Shown in pieces: positions 24,748 to 29,086 of a DNA stretch of 29,086 nucleotides; within the stretch, counting starts at the first letter, position 1; every line of letters begins with the position of its first letter. The stretch covers positions 1 to 29,086 of the IMG/VR virus record IMGVR_UViG_3300017707_001232, one strand, 5' to 3'. Source of the stretch: a virus. Taxonomy: Duplodnaviria > Caudoviricetes. The translations under genes were made by a program, and so were the position numbers. The notes under the pieces are model-generated. The model saw only the letters and a program-made list of their open reading frames with translations. It did not search any database and was not told where the DNA came from.

Positions 24748-24987
24748 ATGAGCACCGTCACCCATCGTTGCCAGTTCTGCGACTCCGATTACCCCTGCGC
24801 CACCTTCATCACGGGCGCAGACGAGCACGGGCGGGAGCGGTCGTCCTGCGAGTGCCGCGAGACGGATACCTGCCCGTTGTGCTCGGACTATCCGACCCTG
24901 CCGGTGGAGCAGGAGCCGGACATCAACGGCGTGAGCATGGGCGAAGCGATGGACGCGGCTTATGCCGTGGATCGGAGCCAGCGGTAA
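24748..24987 (+). CDS. 79-aa Cys-rich Zn-binding protein
   Basis: GAGG RBS; CQFC, CEC and CPLC motifs. Confidence 0.6.
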   Translation: MSTVTHRCQFCDSDYPCATFITGADEHGRERSSCECRETDTCPLCSDYPTLPVEQEPDINGVSMGEAMDAAYAVDRSQR

Positions 24988-25373
24988 TGCTCGGCACGGC
25001 ACAAGCGAAGCCCGCGAGGGGGACGGCCCGCAAGCTCAAGGCTCGCGCCAAACGGCAGGAGTCGAAGCACGCCAAGTGTGTCCGCGCCCAGTGTGTGGAG
25101 CGGGATGGGTATTGCCTGTTTCGCTCTAGGCGTGTGGCGTCAGGTTTCGCTGGTTACGGATGGTGCGACGGCCCGAGTGAGTGGGCGCACATCGGCCAGC
25201 ACCGCCGCTGCCACACGCGGGGGATGGAGCCTGAGCAGCGCCATACGACGGCTGGGAGCGCGATGTTGTGCAAGCGGCATCACGCGGCCTACGACGCGCA
25301 TGAGTTCGACATTCAGCCGACCACGACGGCTGGTATGGACGGCAACTTTCGATTGATTACGAGGGCGGCATGA
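24987..25373 (+). CDS. HNH-like (Ref/NinG-type) nuclease
   Basis: Basic N-terminus; VERDGYC...C...EWAHI...LCKRHHAAYD; TAATG coupling. Confidence 0.6.
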   Translation: MLGTAQAKPARGTARKLKARAKRQESKHAKCVRAQCVERDGYCLFRSRRVASGFAGYGWCDGPSEWAHIGQHRRCHTRGMEPEQRHTTAGSAMLCKRHHAAYDAHEFDIQPTTTAGMDGNFRLITRAA

Positions 25374-25564
25374 AGCCTGAACCCCTGATCCTCCCGCGCA
25401 ACTGCTCGACGTGCCACCACTACGACGGGGATCACTACTGCGCCTTGCCTCGAAACGAGCGGCAACTGGCGGGCGCGATTCTTGAGGCCGAGTCCGTGGT
25501 GTGCTCCAAGCACGAACCGCTGCGACCTGAAGACGTGGAAGGGGCGACCGATGACGGCTCTTGA
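25370..25564 (+). CDS. 64-aa Cys-rich hypothetical protein
   Basis: CSTCHHY...C...CSKH; ATGA overlap. Confidence 0.65.
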   Translation: MKPEPLILPRNCSTCHHYDGDHYCALPRNERQLAGAILEAESVVCSKHEPLRPEDVEGATDDGS

Positions 25565-25889
25565 GCGCATCGAGCGCATCCAGATCGACATGGCGGGGGA
25601 TCAGCAGCCCGCGCCGGCCCAGGTGCGCGAGTTTGAACTGGCGCTGTGCGGCTTGCTGGGTCAGTTCGCCCGAGAAGCCACGTTAGCGGAGATCGAATTT
25701 AAGCGGGTGATTGCGGCCAGTCGCATCGGGGCGAAGTCGATCGCGGAGGCCAAGGTGGTGGCGGAAGCGCAACCGGCCTATGGCACGTATCGGATCGCGG
25801 CGATGAACCACGAGCAGTGTTTGGAGATGGTGCGGACGTGTCGCGGGTTTAGCCGCAGCTTGTCCGAGGAGATGCGGTTGCAGCGGTAA
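25551..25889 (+). CDS. Helical hypothetical protein (112 aa)
   Basis: GGAAGGGG RBS before ATG 25551; KSIAEAKVVAEA...Y coiled-coil pattern. Confidence 0.65.
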   Translation: MTALERIERIQIDMAGDQQPAPAQVREFELALCGLLGQFAREATLAEIEFKRVIAASRIGAKSIAEAKVVAEAQPAYGTYRIAAMNHEQCLEMVRTCRGFSRSLSEEMRLQR

Positions 25890-25890
25890 C

Positions 25891-26093
25891 GCGGACTGAG
25901 ATGAACGGTGCAAGCGATTACGGGCGAGTCGCAATTCCTGGGCGACTGATTGACAACGTAACGTGCCCCAGTTCAGGGGCTGCACCGTTCTTCTGAGTTC
26001 GTAGCAGTTGTCGTGATCACCGTCCCCCGCGCTGGTTGTCGGGAGACGCCGCTGCCCCGGTGGCGGAGGCTGGTGGCGGGGTCGTGATCACGA
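25891..26093 (+). ncRNA. Putative structured RNA(s): three-way junction followed by a long hairpin
   Basis: GAACGGTGCA/TGCACCGTTC (25903-25990) encloses TTACG/CGTAA, AGTCGC/GCGACT and GCCCC/GGGGC. TCGTGATCAC/GTGATCACGA (26011-26093) encloses CCCCGC/GCGGGG and CCGCTGC/GTGGCGG. Confidence 0.55.
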
Positions 26094-26209
26094 AGAGGGC
26101 GCGGGTGAGCACACTCGCATGGATGACGGCGGGGGCTTTCTGGCAGAGACAGAGGCGAACGACACCCTGACCTAGACAGCGCAGGCGTTGAGCCGGCGGT
26201 TCTCGCGTT

Positions 26210-26389
26210 CTATCGCTTCTTGCCCCAGCGGGCAGCAGCAGCGGCTCGAGCTTGGGCGCTGCGCTCTTCTGGGGTCTGCGCTTGCAGGCGGGCTTCAACC
26301 GCTCGAGCGATGTTCCGCCGAGACGAGGCGGTCTTCTTCGCGGTCTTGATGCGGCCGAGCGCAACGGCGGCGGCGTTCTTTCGTGCCAT
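26210..26389 (-). CDS. 59-aa highly basic nucleic-acid-binding protein
   Basis: MARKNAAAVALGR...TPEERSAQARAAAAARWGKKR; -10-like TATGCT 8 nt upstream of the ATG. Confidence 0.7.
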   Translation of the reverse strand: MARKNAAAVALGRIKTAKKTASSRRNIARAVEARLQAQTPEERSAQARAAAAARWGKKR

Positions 26390-26424
26390 CGGTAGCAAGC
26401 ATACCGCGAACGTGAGATTCGGAG

Positions 26425-26453
26425 TTGACAAACTAAGTAACGGTATGTAGCAT
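26425..26453 (+). promoter_or_regulatory. Sigma70 promoter of the replication operon, overlapped by GTAAC boxes
   Basis: TTGACA-17 bp-TAGCAT; GTAAC at 26437, GTTAC at 26461 and GTAAC at 26468. Confidence 0.75.
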
Positions 26454-26476
26454 AAAGACCGTTACCAGTAACGCCT

Positions 26477-27337
26477 ATGTATAACAAGCTCTTCACAAAA
26501 ATCCTCGATTCCTCCATCTGGCTCGAGTCCGACGCCACGCGGTTGGTGTGGCTGACGCTGTTGGCCGCAATGGATGAGGACGGATTCGCGCAGTTCGCAT
26601 CGGTGGCGAACCTGGCGCATCGGGCGCGGGTGACGCTGGATGCCTGCACCGAGGCGGTCCGATGCCTCGAGGCTCCAGACGCCAATTCCGGCGACCCTGA
26701 CCACGGCGGCCGAAGGCTCGAGCGTGTGGATGGCGGGTGGGTGGTGCTGAACGCCGGTAAGTATCGGCTGATGGTCACTCGGGTGGTGGCTCGAGAGCAG
26801 ACCCGCGAGAGAGTGCGGAAATTCCGAGCAAAAGCAGCCGGTAACGCGCCAGTAACGGTTGCTAACGATTTGGTAACACCATCAGAAGCAGTTACAGAAG
26901 CAGTTACAGAGACAAAGAAGAACGCGCCAAAGAACGTCGCGCCTCGTCCGCTGACGGCTAGACGCAACCTTCATGCTGAATTTGAACATCCTCGCTTCGA
27001 CGTGCCTACGTCCTGGCATCTGCGCCACGTCAAGGATTTGAGCGACGGCGAGGCCGGGATGCTGAACTTCTACGCATGGCTGGCCGCTCGAGTGGATCGC
27101 ACGAACGAAGACACCATCGCGCCCGGTGTCGAGCATGGCCGGTTCGTGTGGCTGGATCGGTGCTTTACGGAATGGTCGGCCTCGAGGCGCACGGCGTCGC
27201 CGTCTGACGCCCTGGTCGAAGCCACGAAGCGCCGACAAGCCGAACTCGAGGCCAAGCACGATCCGCGCTTCGACGGCCTGACCCTGCGGGAGAAGTTCGC
27301 GCTGGCGAAGGAACTGCGGGAGGCCGAAGCGTCATGA
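26477..27337 (+). CDS. Phage replication initiator (replisome organizer / O-like)
   Basis: YNKLFTKILDSSIW...LVWLTLLA...GWVVLNAGKY...QTRERVRKFR; internal iterons; directly upstream of DnaB. Confidence 0.8.
   Translation: MYNKLFTKILDSSIWLESDATRLVWLTLLAAMDEDGFAQFASVANLAHRARVTLDACTEAVRCLEAPDANSGDPDHGGRRLERVDGGWVVLNAGKYRLMVTRVVAREQTRERVRKFRAKAAGNAPVTVANDLVTPSEAVTEAVTETKKNAPKNVAPRPLTARRNLHAEFEHPRFDVPTSWHLRHVKDLSDGEAGMLNFYAWLAARVDRTNEDTIAPGVEHGRFVWLDRCFTEWSASRRTASPSDALVEATKRRQAELEAKHDPRFDGLTLREKFALAKELREAEAS
26841..26912. repeat. Iteron cluster, probable replication origin
   Basis: GTAAC/CTAAC at 26841, 26852, 26862 and 26873 (10-11 bp spacing), then CAGAAGCAGTTA twice (26883-26906) carrying inverted GTTAC. 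Confidence 0.7.
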
Positions 27338-28647
27338 CCGAGGCCGTGAGCTACCCCCACGACTTGGACGCCGAACGGTCGGTGCTGGGGGCCATCCTGA
27401 TTGACCCGCCGATGCTGGTGACGGCTCAGGACACGATCGCCACGCAGCACTTTTACCGGCAGGCGCATCGGGTGATGTTCGAGGCGTTGACGGCGCTGGC
27501 CGAGGCGGATCAGGCGCTCGATCACGTCACGCTGGCGGGGTATCTGCGGGACCGGGGCCAGTTGGACCTCGCGGGTGGCCCGGCCTACATCGGGAGCCTC
27601 ACGGATGGCGTCCCTCGAGCGACCAACGTCGAGCACTACGCGGGCATCGTGCGCGACAAGGCGCTGCGCCGTGAGCTACTCCGGGCCGCGCAAGGGCTGC
27701 TCGAGGCGTCACAGACCCCCGCCCCGGTATCCGACCTGATCGATGCCGGTATCCAGTCACTGGTGGACCTGAGCGGATCGGCGTCGCCGGGTGATCTGGT
27801 GGCTGGCCCGCAACTGGTCAAGGAAGCCTATGCCTGGCTCGAGGAGATGGCGAAGCGTCGATCTGATCGCCGGGTGGCGGGGGTGTCTTCGGGTCTACCG
27901 GGTCTAGATCACATGACCGATGGGTTTCAACCCGGCGAGCTGGTGATTGTCGCCGCCCGTCCGTCACAGGGGAAGTCCGCGATTGCGTTGCAGTTCGCGT
28001 TAGCCGCTGATGGGCCGTGCGCGTTCTTCTCGCTCGAGATGGGCCGCGACCAACTGGCCGCTCGAGCGATTGCCCTGCTGGGCCGGATTGACGGCTGGGC
28101 GATGCGGAAGGGGACGCTCCACAAAGACGAATTTGCCCGCATGTCCGAGGGGATGGAGCGGCTGGCTGAATCGCAGTTGTGGATTGATGACACGCCCCGG
28201 CTGAGCGTGTCGCAACTGCGGAGCAAGGCGCGGCGGCTGCAAATCACGCACGGCCTGTCGATGGTGGTCTGCGATTACTTGCAACTGATGACCCCAGCCG
28301 ACAAGGGCAAGGACGCGAACCGTGAGCAGCAGGTGGCCGGGTTGACTCGAGGACTCAAGGCCACGGCCAAAGAACTCAAGGTGCCGGTGATCGCCCTGGC
28401 GCAGTTGAACCGGGCGACCGAGGCCGGCCGGGACAAGGAACCGACGCTGGCGAATCTCCGCGAGTCGGGCGCGGTGGAGCAGGACGCCGATCTGGTGCTG
28501 TTCATTCACCGGCAGGACGCGCAGACCGTGGCGGTCGAGGGCGACGTGCGGTTGCTGGTGGCGAAGAATCGCACCGGCCCCACGGGTGGCGTGGATTTGC
28601 GGTGGTTCCCAAGTCAAACGCGGTTTGGTTCACAGGGGGCGCAATGA
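27334..28647 (+). CDS. dnaB: Replicative DNA helicase
   Basis: PHDLDAERSVLGAIL, Walker A ARPSQGKS, FFSLEM, DYLQLM, AQLNR, LRESGAVEQDAD, AKNRTGPTG. Confidence 0.97.
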   Translation: MTEAVSYPHDLDAERSVLGAILIDPPMLVTAQDTIATQHFYRQAHRVMFEALTALAEADQALDHVTLAGYLRDRGQLDLAGGPAYIGSLTDGVPRATNVEHYAGIVRDKALRRELLRAAQGLLEASQTPAPVSDLIDAGIQSLVDLSGSASPGDLVAGPQLVKEAYAWLEEMAKRRSDRRVAGVSSGLPGLDHMTDGFQPGELVIVAARPSQGKSAIALQFALAADGPCAFFSLEMGRDQLAARAIALLGRIDGWAMRKGTLHKDEFARMSEGMERLAESQLWIDDTPRLSVSQLRSKARRLQITHGLSMVVCDYLQLMTPADKGKDANREQQVAGLTRGLKATAKELKVPVIALAQLNRATEAGRDKEPTLANLRESGAVEQDADLVLFIHRQDAQTVAVEGDVRLLVAKNRTGPTGGVDLRWFPSQTRFGSQGAQ

Positions 28648-28823
28648 CGATCACGGAACAGACGGCGGTCTTGGCGTTGGCGCTTCAGGCGCAGGCTGTG
28701 GCGCTGTGGATTGACGGCCAGCACGACGAGGCGTTGCGCGTGGAAGGCGAGGCGCGGGCGTTGCTGGGCCTGTCGGCCACGACGCATGGCGCGGTGCTCG
28801 GGTCGCAGCGGGTGAGCGCATGA
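28644..28823 (+). CDS. 59-aa hypothetical protein
   Basis: ATGA overlaps at both ends. Confidence 0.55.
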   Translation: MTITEQTAVLALALQAQAVALWIDGQHDEALRVEGEARALLGLSATTHGAVLGSQRVSA

Positions 28824-29086
28824 GGCCTTTCCTGAGCGATCCCCTGCCCACCGATCCCGTGCCGCCTTCAGAGGCCCGTGTGACCTACCAGGGGCGTGTG
28901 CTGGCGGCGATGGCCTCGGGGGACTGGTACACCCGCCGAGAGTTAGAGATCGCCTCAGGGCTGGGCTGTGGCGCGGTCAACACGGTGTTGCAGCACGGCC
29001 TCCGGCGCGGGTCGATTGAACGCGAGGTGCCCTTGCTGCGGGGCTGCACCAAGGCGATCACGCAGCGGTATCGGAGGGGCCGATGA
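28820..29086 (+). CDS. Small winged-HTH protein
   Basis: RVLAAMASGDWYTRRELEIASGLGCGAVNTVLQHGLRRGSIER. Confidence 0.6.
   Translation: MRPFLSDPLPTDPVPPSEARVTYQGRVLAAMASGDWYTRRELEIASGLGCGAVNTVLQHGLRRGSIEREVPLLRGCTKAITQRYRRGR

Larger units (their letters stand above)
1..29086. mobile_element. Temperate-type podovirus-like phage/prophage segment
   Basis: Portal-scaffold-capsid-adaptor-nozzle-ejection-lysis order with no tape measure; CI/Cro switch; recombination and replication modules; no host genes seen. Confidence 0.92.

Noticed and set aside
25950-25978. TTGACA as a -35 element
   Set aside because: No -10 at 16-18 bp spacing; better explained as an RNA internal loop.
25903-25990. tRNA gene
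   Set aside because: No cloverleaf, 7-nt anticodon loop or canonical GTTCRA T-arm.
1-29086. Stop-codon reassignment (TAG read as sense), suggested by several in-frame TAG junctions (1089/1090, 3702, 4692, 13737/13738)
   Set aside because: Genes are intact under the standard code, TAG is used in TAGTG coupling (12715, 19592), downstream genes have their own RBS, and no suppressor tRNA is seen.

Overview
The whole window is a contiguous piece (about 64% GC) of a tailed dsDNA phage or prophage with a podovirus-like morphogenesis module and a temperate-type genetic switch. Gene order on +: portal (5' truncated), small Zn-ribbon genes interrupted by an antisense HNH endonuclease, a structured 240-bp leader, scaffold, major capsid, decoration protein, head-tail adaptor, fibre-like protein, tail nozzle, five probable ejection proteins, a lysis cassette (SleB-like hydrolase, holin-like genes, several tiny peptides) and a metallophosphoesterase/HExxH/DUF1599-like accessory block. 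Then come a minus-strand lipoprotein metzincin and XRE repressor, a divergent cro-like gene with three operator-like boxes, a CII-like gene, an ERF/YqaJ/mini-SSB recombination module, a structured non-coding region, a replication initiator with internal iterons, and DnaB. No terminase, integrase, tape measure, tRNA or CRISPR array is visible. The most notable signals: (1) an unnamed two-Asp domain present once in the ejection module and once in the lysis cassette; (2) a cecropin-like cationic peptide in a lysis cassette with no recognisable spanin pair; (3) two multi-stem putative ncRNAs; (4) CTCGAG sites, which I found 15 times in the replication module and not at all in the first 26.2 kb. 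All product calls come from motif recognition and gene order by eye; no database searches were run.
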